Origin: Nitrospira sp.
GTDB lineage: Bacteria; Nitrospirota; Nitrospiria; Nitrospirales; Nitrospiraceae
DNA: 64,000 nt
Reading direction: 5' to 3'
NCBI GenBank assembly: GCA_047150005.1
Contig: AP038806.1
Location: forward strand, 960,001-1,024,000
Numbering within the stretch: position 1 is the stretch's first letter; each line of letters begins with the position of its first letter. Shown here piece after piece: positions 30,250 through 40,887 of this stretch. The position numbers and the translations under genes are program-made. The notes under the pieces were generated by a model, which saw nothing but the letters and a program-made list of their open reading frames with translations, made no database searches and had not been told where the DNA came from.

Positions 30250-30450
30250 ATCCTTCAGACAGGTGTCACGCTCCAACTCGGTCCGGCCTATCCCTCCCCC
30301 AACATACAACGGAAGCAGACTCTTCCTGCAATGGAACCGCTCTCGGGTGATGGCTGTGACTTCACCGACCTTCGTGGCTTGCCCAGACGACGGCAGGTCT
30401 GCTAAGGTGACCCGCGAAGTTAACTCGGTAGGATCCGCTGAATACCCTGC

Positions 30451-31485
30451 ATGGCGTGGGACCCCAAAGATCCTTGGAGCAAGAGAAGCGACCCGCTTGA
30501 GGATGTCCTGCGGCAGGCGCAGTCTCAACTCAGAAATTTCCTGCCCTCCGGCGGCTTTCGGAATATTCTGCTCGCGGGATTGCTGATTTTCCTGGTCTGG
30601 CAGAGCGCCTTCATCGTCGGTCCCGATGAAGAAGGTGTTGTGAAGCGTTTCGGCATCCCCGTGCGAACCCTTGGCCCCGGCCCTCACCTGAAGATTCCTC
30701 TTATCGAAACGGTGCTCCAGCCGAAAGTCGCGAAGCTCCATCGCGTCGAGATCGGATTTCGCACCGATCGGCAAGCTCGCCAGCAGATGATTCCCCAGGA
30801 AGCCCTCATGCTGACGGGAGACATGAACATCCTCGCCATCGAATTCATCGTGCAATACAAGATCAAGGAAGCCGCCGACTATCTGTTCAACGTGGCGGAC
30901 ATCCATGACACCATCGGCAAGGCAGCGGAAGCGTCGATGCGCGAAGTGATCGGCAAGAGTAAGATCGACGAAGCCCTGACAACGGGCAAGGCTCAGATTC
31001 AGCAGGATACTCAAGATCTGTTGCAGCGGATTCTGGATCAATACCAAGCCGGCGTGCAGATTGCGGCAATCCAGCTCCAAGATGTAGACCCCCCCGAGGC
31101 GGTGGCGGCGGCCTTTAAGGATGTGACAAACGCCAAGGAAGACCGCGAGAAACTGATTAATCAGGCAGTGGGCTATCGGAACGACATTCTGCCCAGGGCA
31201 AAAGGCGAAGCGGCCCAAACGGTCAACCAAGCCAAAGGTTACGGCCAAGCCCGCCTGAACCGAGCTCAAGGTGAGGCAAACCGGTTCCTGGCGACCTTAA
31301 AGGAATACAACCAAGCCAAGGACACGATCAGCAAGCGGATCTACATCGAGACCCTGGAAGAGATTCTTCCCAAGGTTGAGAAAATCATCATCGATGGGAA
31401 GGCGGGAGAACGGGTACTCCCGTATCTGCCGCTCGACCGTCAAGCCAAGAAGGCTTCGCCGTCGCCGGAAGGAGTCAAACCGTGA
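30451..31485 (+). CDS. hflK: FtsH modulator HflK
   Basis: MAWD start, SPFH domain and MLTGDMNI; paired with hflC. Confidence 0.93.
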   Translation: MAWDPKDPWSKRSDPLEDVLRQAQSQLRNFLPSGGFRNILLAGLLIFLVWQSAFIVGPDEEGVVKRFGIPVRTLGPGPHLKIPLIETVLQPKVAKLHRVEIGFRTDRQARQQMIPQEALMLTGDMNILAIEFIVQYKIKEAADYLFNVADIHDTIGKAAEASMREVIGKSKIDEALTTGKAQIQQDTQDLLQRILDQYQAGVQIAAIQLQDVDPPEAVAAAFKDVTNAKEDREKLINQAVGYRNDILPRAKGEAAQTVNQAKGYGQARLNRAQGEANRFLATLKEYNQAKDTISKRIYIETLEEILPKVEKIIIDGKAGERVLPYLPLDRQAKKASPSPEGVKP

Positions 31486-32342
31486 GCAAGCAGGGCTTGA
31501 CCGTCGCGATGCTCGCCGTGCTGTTCGCGTTGTTTGTGCTGGGCGCCTCCCCCTTGTTCGTGGTCGACGTCACCCAGACAGCCATCGTCGTGCAGCTTGG
31601 GAAGCCCATCCGTACCGTGACGGAACCAGGCTTATATGTGAAGGTGCCCTTCGCGCAGGAAGTCACCTATTTTGACAAGCGGTTGCTAGATTATGATTCC
31701 GACGCGCAAGACGTGATCACCCAAGACAAGAAAACGTTGCTCTTGGACAATTTTGCCAAATGGCACATCACCGATCCTCTGAAGGTGTATCAGAATTTCC
31801 AAAGCCAGCGCGGAGCGCTGCAGCGGCTGCATGACATCATTTACTCGGAGCTTCGGGTGGAATTGGGCAGACACGATCTACTCGAGATCGTATCAACCGC
31901 TCGCGCCGAGCTCATGCGGGTCGTGACACAACGGGCAAACGAAAAGGCCTCGGCCTACGGCATTGCGATCCAGGATGTGAGGATAAAACGAGCGGACCTT
32001 CCCCAGGAAAATGAGAAGACCGTCTTCCAGCGTATGCAAGCGGAACGGGAACAACAGGCCAAGCAGTACCGAGCGGAAGGGGCCGAAGAGGCGCAAAAAA
32101 TCCGGTCCGACGCGGAGAAGGACAAAGAGATTCTGCTCGCCCAAGCGTATAAAGAATCGGAGGAAATCCGCGGAGAGGGAGACGCCAAGGCCTTTCGCAT
32201 CTACGCCGACGCCTATCGGCAAGACCCGAAATTTTTTGATTTTACCCGATCGATGGAAGCATACAAAAAATCCTTGGACGACAAGACCACCTTGGTTCTA
32301 AGCCCCGACTCAGAGTTCTTCCACTATCTCAAACAACGCTGA
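31482..32342 (+). CDS. hflC: FtsH modulator HflC
   Basis: DVRIKRADLP, FDFTRSMEAY and LSPDSEFF. Confidence 0.95.
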   Translation: MSKQGLTVAMLAVLFALFVLGASPLFVVDVTQTAIVVQLGKPIRTVTEPGLYVKVPFAQEVTYFDKRLLDYDSDAQDVITQDKKTLLLDNFAKWHITDPLKVYQNFQSQRGALQRLHDIIYSELRVELGRHDLLEIVSTARAELMRVVTQRANEKASAYGIAIQDVRIKRADLPQENEKTVFQRMQAEREQQAKQYRAEGAEEAQKIRSDAEKDKEILLAQAYKESEEIRGEGDAKAFRIYADAYRQDPKFFDFTRSMEAYKKSLDDKTTLVLSPDSEFFHYLKQR

Positions 32343-32348
32343 CGACGG

Positions 32349-34031
32349 CTAAGAAAGCCCGATGATCGCCCCGCTCCGGCCGTCGACATCGATCCGTTCT
32401 CCAGCGGGTTTCTTGGGCAGTCCCGGCATCAGCTGAATTCCCGAACACACCGCCGTCAGAAATCCCGCGCCGGCGAGTAACCGCAGCTCCTTGATCGGCA
32501 GAGTGAAGCCGGTCGGTCGCCCTTTTAGCGTAGGATCATGAGAGAGCGACAGCGGAGTCTTGGCCATGCAGATGGGGAGCTGACCGTATCCGAGGCGGGC
32601 TGCAAGCTCAATTTGCTGCTCAGCGGCGGCCTCGTAGGATACGGCGCCCGCCCCATACATCGCAGCGGCGATTGTCTCGATCTTTTTCTTGATCGGCCAA
32701 GCCAGTTCGTACAGGTGTGAAAACGATGCGGGTTGGTTAGCGGCAGCGATCACTGCATGAGCCAGAGCTTCAGCCCCCTTTCCCCCGTCGAACCAGTGGG
32801 TTGAGACGGCTGCGTCGGTGGCTCCGACCTTCTTGGCTCGTTCTCGGACCCATTCCAGCTCGTCCCGAGAATCGCCGCTGAAGGCATTCACCGCCACGAC
32901 GACCGGAACTCCGTGCGTTCTCACGTTGGCGATATGCTGCTCCAAGTTGGCAAACCCCTTTTCAAGCGCGTCCATGTTGGGACCGGTCAACGACGATGGC
33001 AACGGCTGCCCGGACTTGACGGTTCCGCCGGTGCCGTGCAGCTTGAGCGCCCGTAACGTCGCCACCACGACCGCCGCCGCCGGTTTGTGACCGGAGACCC
33101 GACATTTGATGTTGAAGAACTTTTCTGCGCCGAGTTCGCTCCCGAATCCCGCTTCCGTCACCACATACTCGGCGCAGCGTAATGCAATCGCATCGGAGAG
33201 AATCGAGCAATTTCCATGGGCGATGTTTCCGAAGGGTCCTGTGTGAACGAACGCAGGAGTGCCCTCCAACGTTTGCACTACGTTCGGTAACAACGCGTCA
33301 TTGAGCAGCGCCACCATGGATCCCACGCAATGGAGATCCTTCGATGTCACAGGCTTCCCGTCCTTCGTCAGACCCACAGTCACTCGGCTGAGCCGATGCC
33401 GCAGATCCTCCCGATCGGTGGCGAGAGCAAGAATCGCCATGACTTCGGAAGCTTCCGATATCACAAACTGGCCCTTTGGGGATTGAACCCCTGTGCCCAA
33501 TATCAACTCTCGTAGTGCGCGATCGCTGATTCCCGACGTGCGCGGCCATGAAATACGCTCAGGATCGATACGCAGTGCATTGCCGTGAAAGATGTGATTA
33601 TCGACGAACGCGGAGAGCAGATTGTGGGCGGCAGATACCGCATGAGCATCGCCGGTAAAATGAAGGTTGATCTGCTCCATGGGGACGACCTGTGCGCGTC
33701 CTCCACCCGTTCCGCCTCCCTTAATCCCGAACACAGGACCGAGAGAAGGCTCTCGAAGGGTCACAACGGCGCGATGCCCGAGACGACACAGTCCCATGGT
33801 CAATCCTATGGAAGTCGTCGTCTTTCCCTCTCCCAGAGGTGTGGGGTTTATGGCTGTGACCAGCACATAGCGAGCTTGAGGTCGATGTTTGAGCCGTTCC
33901 AATGCCGCGAGAGAAACCTTCCCCATGTGTCTTCCGTGGGGATGGATTTCATCTGGAGAAAGACCGAGAAGCTTGCCGATTTCTTGAATAGGGAGAGGTT
34001 TCGTGAGCCGAGCCGGGTCTGCGTCATTCAT
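32349..34031 (-). CDS. fhs: Formate-tetrahydrofolate ligase
   Basis: TAINPTPLGEGKTT, GPFGNIAHG and VTEAGFG. Confidence 0.97.
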   Translation of the reverse strand: MNDADPARLTKPLPIQEIGKLLGLSPDEIHPHGRHMGKVSLAALERLKHRPQARYVLVTAINPTPLGEGKTTTSIGLTMGLCRLGHRAVVTLREPSLGPVFGIKGGGTGGGRAQVVPMEQINLHFTGDAHAVSAAHNLLSAFVDNHIFHGNALRIDPERISWPRTSGISDRALRELILGTGVQSPKGQFVISEASEVMAILALATDREDLRHRLSRVTVGLTKDGKPVTSKDLHCVGSMVALLNDALLPNVVQTLEGTPAFVHTGPFGNIAHGNCSILSDAIALRCAEYVVTEAGFGSELGAEKFFNIKCRVSGHKPAAAVVVATLRALKLHGTGGTVKSGQPLPSSLTGPNMDALEKGFANLEQHIANVRTHGVPVVVAVNAFSGDSRDELEWVRERAKKVGATDAAVSTHWFDGGKGAEALAHAVIAAANQPASFSHLYELAWPIKKKIETIAAAMYGAGAVSYEAAAEQQIELAARLGYGQLPICMAKTPLSLSHDPTLKGRPTGFTLPIKELRLLAGAGFLTAVCSGIQLMPGLPKKPAGERIDVDGRSGAIIGLS

Positions 34032-34101
34032 ACGATTCTATCCGCTGTTCGCTTGTTCTCTGAGTCGCCGACGCGGTGACTCCTTCTGAACTTGTGTCGT
34101 C

Positions 34102-34143
34102 AAAAAATGAGCGCGCTACGAATGTCGGAGATTCGTAGCGCGC
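34102..34143 (-). terminator. Probable intrinsic terminator after the M23 peptidase gene
   Basis: 13-bp stem GCGCGCTACGAAT/ATTCGTAGCGCGC followed by T6 on the minus strand. Confidence 0.75.
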
Positions 34144-34181
34144 CATATCGGGAAAGCCTGGGGCCTCTATCCCCGGTTATC

Positions 34182-35207
34182 CTAGTCGAGAATGTATTTC
34201 GTCGGGTCGAAGGTTTGACCGTTTACTTTGACCATGTAGTGGAGGTGCGGACCTGTGGCCAAGCCCGTGCTGCCCACCAGACCCACCACATCACCTCGCT
34301 TAACACGTTGCCCTTCCTTAACAAGAGCTTTTGCAAGGTGACCATAGAGAGTCTCGATTCCAAACCCGTGATCCAGCTTCACAAGGTTCCCGAGCTTCGA
34401 ATCAAATGCGACGGTTGTGACCCGTCCCTGGGCGGGAGCCTGGACCGGCGCGTTCGCCGCGGCCCCAATATCAAGACCGTCATGCCAAGCTGGCTTCTCG
34501 GTAAATGGAGAAACACGGGGCCCAAAGCCGGATGTCACCCACCCTCTGACAGGCCAGATGGACGGAGTGGCGGCCCATCGGGATGATTTCTGTTCGGCAG
34601 CCAGAGACAGTTCCTGAAGAGCTTGCTCCTGGACGCTGGCCTCACGTGACAACCAATCGATCCCTTGTTTCACCACGGCGAGCAGTTCGTGTTCATCGAG
34701 CTCAGACTGGGCCGCGAGGTTTTTGGCCTGATTGAGCGCCCCGGTCTCATCCGCGTCCGAGAGTTGAAAGCCGGCATTGCCCTTGGGGGAGGCCGCTGGG
34801 GACACCGAATTCCCATCCGGAAGCGGCACATCCTCACCGCCTCGACCATTCGCCACATCTCCGGTTTTCGGTGTCTCTATGCCAAGCATGACACGAAGCC
34901 GCTGATTCACTTCTTTCATACTGCTGAGTCGCTTTTTTAGATCATCGATGGCGGTCGAGAAGGCGGCGGTTTGCTGACGGGCACTCATGGCCTCGGAGCG
35001 GAAGGCTGAGAGCTCCCAAACTTCGCCTGTCCTGATGACGTAATGCGAGAGGACTAAAAGGTCGGCGATAATAAATAAACCGCATACAATCAATAGCTTA
35101 CGAACAAACTTCCGTGGGAAGCTGAAGCGCAACGGCTTCGCTGTGGACCCGCGAAAGATCACAACGGTATAGGAATCACTATTCTCTGCGCCGGTCATTT
35201 GTCCCAT
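34182..35207 (-). CDS. M23 family peptidase
   Basis: TM anchor, coiled coil, HDGLD and PHLHY zinc motifs. Confidence 0.92.
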   Translation of the reverse strand: MGQMTGAENSDSYTVVIFRGSTAKPLRFSFPRKFVRKLLIVCGLFIIADLLVLSHYVIRTGEVWELSAFRSEAMSARQQTAAFSTAIDDLKKRLSSMKEVNQRLRVMLGIETPKTGDVANGRGGEDVPLPDGNSVSPAASPKGNAGFQLSDADETGALNQAKNLAAQSELDEHELLAVVKQGIDWLSREASVQEQALQELSLAAEQKSSRWAATPSIWPVRGWVTSGFGPRVSPFTEKPAWHDGLDIGAAANAPVQAPAQGRVTTVAFDSKLGNLVKLDHGFGIETLYGHLAKALVKEGQRVKRGDVVGLVGSTGLATGPHLHYMVKVNGQTFDPTKYILD

Positions 35208-35292
35208 AAGCGTCACCCCTGGTTCTAAGGGGCCGTCCCTCAACCTTACAGCTCCGTTCGAGTGTACCCATGCGGGCGCCTTCGGTCAACCA

Positions 35293-35637
35293 TCAATTTT
35301 GTTTCGACCGATTTGCCTGAGCAAAAATCCATGCCAGATATGGAGGAAACCCGTATCTCAATGAAATACCAATAATTTCAGGCACTTCATAGGGATGAAG
35401 CGCCTTGATCGCCCTCTCCAACATGGGGTAGCCGGCAGCCGTGGTCTTCATGATGATCAGTACTTCGCTCTCCTGAACCATCTTTCCCTTCCACTCGTAA
35501 ATGGACTTGACCCTATCTATGACCGTTGCACAGGCCACCAGTCGCTTTTTTACCAGTGTTTTTGCCATCCTCGACGCAAGCTTACGATCTGGAACCGTTG
35601 TTAAGACAATCAAACAAGCCATGGATTGCTTAGCCAT
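35293..35637 (-). CDS. cutA: Divalent cation tolerance protein CutA
   Basis: LVACA, SIYEWKG and HPYEVPEI. Confidence 0.93.
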   Translation of the reverse strand: MAKQSMACLIVLTTVPDRKLASRMAKTLVKKRLVACATVIDRVKSIYEWKGKMVQESEVLIIMKTTAAGYPMLERAIKALHPYEVPEIIGISLRYGFPPYLAWIFAQANRSKQN

Positions 35638-35864
35638 GAGTATTTCGAGTTTCCCAGTGTTTCAAAGGGATCTGGATGAATTCGAACCAGACCCAGGAAG
35701 CAACGAAGCGATATTTAAAAGCAAATACGTGTACTTATGAGTTTCATGCCCTGCCTAACCCAAAGAGGTTGGGCCTAGTCGCTCATGAGTGGGCGACATG
35801 CCGTCAAGTCGCAATTTCAGTTTTCGCAGCTCACGTATCCTGGAGACCGAGTACCGACTTCGGA

Positions 35865-35893
35865 TTGACAGGCGTTTTGCGCATCCATATGAT
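35865..35893 (+). promoter_or_regulatory. Sigma70 promoter of the rhodanese gene
   Basis: TTGACA-N17-TATGAT. Confidence 0.75.
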
Positions 35894-35928
35894 CTGGTCA
35901 TTCCAATGAGGAGGAGGTAATCGCACCA

Positions 35929-36249
35929 ATGAATTTCATGATCACCCCGCAAGAGTTGAAATCTCGCCTGGACAAACAGGATCCGTTGGTTCTGCTCGAT
36001 GTGCGTGAGCAGTGGGAGTATGATCTGGCCAAAATCGACGGGTCAATGCTGATTCCCCTCTCCGCCCTGCCACACTCTCTGTCACGGTTGGATCGAAACA
36101 CGGAGATCATTGCAATCTGCCATCATGGAATGCGAAGCGCCGATGCGACGGGTTTTCTTGCGCAGCAAGGATTCACCAAGGTCAAGAATCTTGTCGGAGG
36201 GATCGATGCTTGGTCGACACAAGTCGACGGGACCGTTCCTCGCTACTGA
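35929..36249 (+). CDS. Rhodanese-like sulfurtransferase
   Basis: LLDVRE, CHHGMRS and GGIDAW. Confidence 0.92.
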   Translation: MNFMITPQELKSRLDKQDPLVLLDVREQWEYDLAKIDGSMLIPLSALPHSLSRLDRNTEIIAICHHGMRSADATGFLAQQGFTKVKNLVGGIDAWSTQVDGTVPRY

Positions 36250-36301
36250 ACCGTACCGCTGCCGATGGAACGGACTACTCTAACCCATTCGCTCCCTGAA
36301 A

Positions 36302-37450
36302 TGTATAACTCACGACTTCATCTGACAGACAGCGAGTCCTCACCGGGTTTAGGCCGCTAACATTTTCTCCTTGGCCAGTGGCACACTATCGAGAAACGTC
36401 TGCATCGGTGTCTTGCCATAGCACCAGCGCCCTTGGTGGGGGCGCTGCTCGTTGTACTCCTGGATCCACGCATCCAAGTCAGCCTGGAGGTCCTCCAGCG
36501 TTCGATAGATCTTCTTGCGGAGCGCCACGCGGTAAAACTCGTTCAACATGGTCTTGTGGAACCGTTCACAGATCCCGTTGGTCTGGGGATGCCGCGTCTT
36601 GGTGCGCGTATGATCGATGTTCTCCACGGCCAGATAGAGTTCGTACTCATGGCGCTCCGGAGTTCCACAGTATTCCGTGCCGCGATCCGTGAGCACACGG
36701 TTCAGCGGAATGGCATGCTGCTCGAAGAACGGCAAGACCCGATCATTGAGCAATTCCGCGGCCGTCACCGGCGTCTTGCGGTCGTACAGCTTCGCAAATC
36801 CCACCTTGCTGTAGGTATCGATGAAGGTTTGCTGGTAGATGCGGCCGACGCCCTTCAAGGTGCCGACGTAGAACGTATCCTGCGCGCCGCAGTAGCCGGG
36901 ACATTCGCTCTCAAATTCGCCGTGGGCCTCTTTGTCCGCCGTCGCCTTCTCCAGCGCCACGACTTGGGCCTCGGTAAGCACCAGTCCCGCTTGGGCTACC
37001 TTCGCTTCCAGTGCCTTTAAGCGTTTCCGCATCGTTGCGAGATCATGGCGGAGCCAGATACAGCGCACGCCCGCTGGGGAGATGGACAGCGCCTGCTTGC
37101 GCAGTTCATTCGCCACGCGGGCTTGTCCCCACGCGGGTTGCTCAATAGCGATCTGCACGATGGCCTGTTCCACCTCGGGTGCCACCCGATTCTTGAGGAG
37201 CGGCTTCTGCCGCGAAATCTCTTGAAGCGCGGCCTCGCCGCCGGTCTCGTAGAGTTCCTTGAATCGATAGAAACTATCGCGGCTATACCCCATCAGCTGG
37301 CAGGCTTTGGAGACATTGCCGAGCTGCTTCGCCAGTTCCAGCACGCCGACTTTCGTCTTAATGATCTTTTGTTCCGTCGTCATGGTCCTCGCTCCTTTCG
37401 TGAAGAGGGAGGACTCTAGCTGACTGTCAGATTAAGTTCTAGCTTCCACA
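36302..37450 (-). mobile_element. IS481 family insertion sequence, 1149 bp, with 7-bp target duplication CCTGAAA
   Basis: Ends TGTATAACTCACGACTTCATCTGACAGACAG and (reverse complement) TGTGGAAGCTAGAACTTAATCTGACAGTCAG; CCTGAAA at 36295-36301 and 37451-37457. Confidence 0.93.
36349..37383 (-). CDS. IS481 family DDE transposase
   Basis: N-terminal HTH; QDTF, TDRGTEY and NGICERF (rve core). Confidence 0.96.
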   Translation of the reverse strand: MTTEQKIIKTKVGVLELAKQLGNVSKACQLMGYSRDSFYRFKELYETGGEAALQEISRQKPLLKNRVAPEVEQAIVQIAIEQPAWGQARVANELRKQALSISPAGVRCIWLRHDLATMRKRLKALEAKVAQAGLVLTEAQVVALEKATADKEAHGEFESECPGYCGAQDTFYVGTLKGVGRIYQQTFIDTYSKVGFAKLYDRKTPVTAAELLNDRVLPFFEQHAIPLNRVLTDRGTEYCGTPERHEYELYLAVENIDHTRTKTRHPQTNGICERFHKTMLNEFYRVALRKKIYRTLEDLQADLDAWIQEYNEQRPHQGRWCYGKTPMQTFLDSVPLAKEKMLAA

Positions 37451-38359
37451 CCTGAAATAGTCAACCGTTCGCTTGAGGCCGTCGCTCAAGCTCATCTTCG
37501 GTTCCCACGAGAGTTCATGACGAAGCTTTGACGCGTCGATAACGCTCCGCGCCTGTTCCCCTTTTTTGGCAGGCCCGTGGAGTTCTTTACAGGTAGAGCC
37601 TGTGTGTTGCACCAGAATCCGGAATAGATCGTTGATGGACGTTTCGACACCGGTCCCCACATTGTAGGTACCCGCCGTTTCCTGACCCATCACCGCCAAA
37701 TTGGCCTCTACGACGTCCTCCACAAAGACGAAGTCCCGTGTTTGTCGTCCATTGCCGTTGATTACAGGCTGTTCATTATTCAAGAGCTTTTGAATGAAAA
37801 TGGCTACGACCCCCGCTTCTCCTTCGGGATCCTGTCGGGGCCCGTACACATTGGCATAGCGAAGGTTCACCACTTGGACCCCGCCCACGCGCTCGTAATA
37901 CGACAAGTATTGCTCCCCGCAGAGTTTGCTGAGACCGTATGGCGATAACGGCTTGGTCGGATGCGACTCCGGCGCAGGGAAAACATCTTGCTCCCCGTAG
38001 ATGGCTCCACCTGATGACGAAAAGACGACCCTCCTCACCCCATGCTTGACCGCCTGCTGGAGAATGTTGAGCGTTCCCAGCACATTGACTTGTGCGTCGA
38101 AAACGGGATCTTCGACGGACTTGCGGACATCCATTTGCGCGGCCAAATGCATAACGACATTGGGGCGCTCGTTCCGGAACACACGCTCCAGGCGCCAACC
38201 CTGGATGTCGGTCTTGTAAAATCGTGCAGCCCGGTTGAGGTTGCGCCGCTTCCCGGTCGACAAATTGTCGACGACAACCACTTCATGCCCCTCCTGAATG
38301 AGTCGATCGACTATGTGAGACCCGATAAAACCCGCCCCTCCGGTCACCAGCACTTTCAT
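37439..38359 (-). CDS. NAD-dependent epimerase/dehydratase (GalE-like); last codons supplied by IS481
   Basis: GGAGFIG, YGLSK (YxxxK) and NVYGPRQ. Confidence 0.92.
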   Translation of the reverse strand: MKVLVTGGAGFIGSHIVDRLIQEGHEVVVVDNLSTGKRRNLNRAARFYKTDIQGWRLERVFRNERPNVVMHLAAQMDVRKSVEDPVFDAQVNVLGTLNILQQAVKHGVRRVVFSSSGGAIYGEQDVFPAPESHPTKPLSPYGLSKLCGEQYLSYYERVGGVQVVNLRYANVYGPRQDPEGEAGVVAIFIQKLLNNEQPVINGNGRQTRDFVFVEDVVEANLAVMGQETAGTYNVGTGVETSINDLFRILVQHTGSTCKELHGPAKKGEQARSVIDASKLRHELSWEPKMSLSDGLKRTVDYFRCGS

Positions 38360-39159
38360 GCATCCCCCCCTCGTCCACGCGCATGATCGTCCGATCGAGC
38401 GCTCATCTTACTACGATACTCAAAGGCCACAAGAATTTCTCGATTTCCTTTGCGGCCTTTCACTGCCGACTCCTGCATGCCGAGAGCGAGAAGTCCGATG
38501 CCGGCCGCTCGGTCCATCACTTTTCTCGTTACGTCTGCGCGCTGTCCATCGTCCCGAACAATTCCTCCGGATCCGACCTTCCCCTTCCCCACCTCAAACT
38601 GCGGCTTGACCAGGGCGACGACGCGTGCGCCGTCTTGAAGGAATCGCACGACGCTCGGGAGCACGAGATTCAGGGAGATGAATGAAACGTCGATCACCGC
38701 CAGTTGGATCAACTCCGGAACCAGCGACGGGTCGAGGTATCTGATGTTGGTCCGCTCCAGAAGCACAAGTCGCGTATCCTGTCTCAACTTCCAAGCAAGC
38801 TGCCCATATCCGACGTCTACCGCGTAGACTTTGGCGGCACCCTTTTGCAAGAGACAGTCGGTAAACCCTCCGGTCGAGCAACCGACGTCGAGGCAGATCG
38901 CCCCACTCGGATCGATCGAAAACGCCTCCAAGACAGGAGCCAACTTTTCCCCGGCGCGGCTGACAAAGGGAGCCTGTTTGCAGATTTCGATGCGGGCGTC
39001 ACGAGCGATCAGCTTCGCCGGCTTGTCAACGACGCTTCCGTCGACAAGAACACCTCCGGCCAGCACGGTTCTGACGGCATTTTCGCGACTGGGAGCCAGC
39101 CCCTGGGATACCAGCAATATGTCTAACCGTTCGCGAGGAGAATGCGTAGAAGAAGCCAT
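38356..39159 (-). CDS. tlyA: TlyA family rRNA 2'-O-methyltransferase
   Basis: S4 domain, FVSRAGEKL, DVGCSTGGFTDCLLQ and VKPQFE. Confidence 0.95.
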   Translation of the reverse strand: MASSTHSPRERLDILLVSQGLAPSRENAVRTVLAGGVLVDGSVVDKPAKLIARDARIEICKQAPFVSRAGEKLAPVLEAFSIDPSGAICLDVGCSTGGFTDCLLQKGAAKVYAVDVGYGQLAWKLRQDTRLVLLERTNIRYLDPSLVPELIQLAVIDVSFISLNLVLPSVVRFLQDGARVVALVKPQFEVGKGKVGSGGIVRDDGQRADVTRKVMDRAAGIGLLALGMQESAVKGRKGNREILVAFEYRSKMSARSDDHARGRGGDA

Positions 39160-39194
39160 TGAACGGCGGGCACACACAGAAAGACCTGAGACCG

Positions 39195-39473
39195 CTACTG
39201 ACCTTTGGATCTTAAAGACGAAGCACTATCCTCGATGTCTTGGGTAAAGGCATGAAGTCGTTTCTTTCCGTTCTGCTCCTGGACCAGCACCTCGACCTTG
39301 CGCTCCGCATCCTCGAGAATCTTTAGACAGTTCTTGGAGAGACGGATCCCTTCCTCGAAAATCTTCAGAGATTCGTCAAGAGGAAGATCGCCTTTCTCCA
39401 ATTCTCCGACGATCGCCTCCAAACGAGCGATTGCCTGTTCAAACTTCACACTCACAACCCCCTTGTTCACCAC
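39195..39473 (-). CDS. xseB: Exodeoxyribonuclease VII small subunit
   Basis: FEQAIARLEAIVGELEKGDLPLDESLKIFEEG. Confidence 0.95.
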   Translation of the reverse strand: MVNKGVVSVKFEQAIARLEAIVGELEKGDLPLDESLKIFEEGIRLSKNCLKILEDAERKVEVLVQEQNGKKRLHAFTQDIEDSASSLRSKGQ

Positions 39474-39507
39474 ACGATGCCGCCATTATAGCACTCCCCT
39501 CAGGGTT

Positions 39508-40881
39508 TCAAACTGTTCCGTCCGGCAGCACGCCCTTGACCAAACAGTTCAACTTCCCGTCCACCAAACGGACCGCGATGCCCTCGCCAACTCGTGCGTC
39601 CTGAGTCCGTTTGAGTATAGATCCATCCGACATTCTCGTCAGCAAGCCGTACCCGCGCCCGAGAACGGCCAAGGGACTCAAACTGTTCAAACGCGCGACC
39701 GTCGCTTCAATGCGTCGCCTTCTTTGCGCCGCCAACACGCACGCCTGACGTTCCAATCGCTTGAACACAAGAGGCATCATGGCAAGGTTGCGCTTCACGA
39801 TGAGGAACGGGCTCAGCTTGCCCAACTCACGATCCGTTTGGCGCACCCGATCACCTTCCGCCAAGACTCTGGATCGAACCTTCTCGATGAGACAGTCCGT
39901 CATGTCATCCATCTGTTGAGTCTTCTCTCGAATACGAAACTGAATACAGGACAATCCTTTGGAGCTGGAGTCCAACCGCCGATGCTCCGACGAACAGTGC
40001 CTTGCCATGGCCCTCTCAAGCCTTACCGTAAGGCCATCGAGATTTTCCAACACCTCAGAGAAGACCGGCACGACCATTTCTGCCGCGACGGAAGGGGTCG
40101 GAGCGCGGAGATCTGCGGCGGCATCCGTCAGAGTCATGTCGATTTCATGACCAACCGCCGAGACAACGGGGATTCTGGACGCCGCGACGGCTCGTACGAC
40201 CGCTTCCTCATTGAACGTCCACAGATCTTCCAGGGACCCCCCGCCTCGTCCCAGGATAATAACCTCTGCCGCGCCCTGAGCGTTCAGCAGATCCAAGGCT
40301 TCGGCGATCTGCTGGGCCGCCGGTTCACCTTGAACCTGTACCGGGGCGATGATGATATGTAGAGTCGGCCACCGTCGACTGAGCACGGACAGGATATCCT
40401 TGAGCGCCGCCCCACCGAGCGAGGTGACCACACCTACCGTTCGCGGAAATCTTGGAAGCGGCTTCTTCCGCAGAGGATCGAAGAGGCCCTCAGCGGACAG
40501 ACGTGCCCTCAATTGATCGAACGCGACCTGAAGCGCGCCGACACCTTTGGGCTCGACCGCCTCCATGAGTATCTGGTACTCCCCTCTGGGTTCGTAGACG
40601 GTCAAGCGACCTCGCACGATGACGTGCATCCCGTTTTGCAAGGCAAAGCGCATGCGCACCGCACTTGAGCGAAACAACACCGCCCGTATCTGACTCCTCT
40701 CATCCTTCAGAGTACAATACATATGACCCGATGCAGGCGTACGCAAGTTTGAGATTTCACCCTCCACCCACACGTCTTGAAAGACGCCCTCGAGCGAAGC
40801 GCGAATGACGCTCGTAAACTCCGATACGGTGAGAACGGATCCCGAAGGAAGGATGCTTGATTTGTAGAGTATCGTCGTCAC
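39508..40881 (-). CDS. xseA: Exodeoxyribonuclease VII large subunit
   Basis: VWVEGEISN, RGGGSLEDLW, SAVGHEID and APTPS. Confidence 0.96.
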   Translation of the reverse strand: MTTILYKSSILPSGSVLTVSEFTSVIRASLEGVFQDVWVEGEISNLRTPASGHMYCTLKDERSQIRAVLFRSSAVRMRFALQNGMHVIVRGRLTVYEPRGEYQILMEAVEPKGVGALQVAFDQLRARLSAEGLFDPLRKKPLPRFPRTVGVVTSLGGAALKDILSVLSRRWPTLHIIIAPVQVQGEPAAQQIAEALDLLNAQGAAEVIILGRGGGSLEDLWTFNEEAVVRAVAASRIPVVSAVGHEIDMTLTDAAADLRAPTPSVAAEMVVPVFSEVLENLDGLTVRLERAMARHCSSEHRRLDSSSKGLSCIQFRIREKTQQMDDMTDCLIEKVRSRVLAEGDRVRQTDRELGKLSPFLIVKRNLAMMPLVFKRLERQACVLAAQRRRRIEATVARLNSLSPLAVLGRGYGLLTRMSDGSILKRTQDARVGEGIAVRLVDGKLNCLVKGVLPDGTV

Positions 40882-40887
40882 TATCCG

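Noticed and set aside
33826..33840. CCCTCTCCCAG in fhs as another copy of the palindromic element
   Set aside because: It encodes the conserved PTPLGEGKTT P-loop and lacks the complementary arm.
35293..35760. Lower GC around cutA as horizontal transfer
   Set aside because: Short core gene plus divergent promoter region; no mobility signatures.
38356..39473. No ispA/dxs between xseB and tlyA, and F1 genes missing from the atp cluster
   Set aside because: Ordinary gene-order variation; split Fo/F1 operons are common.
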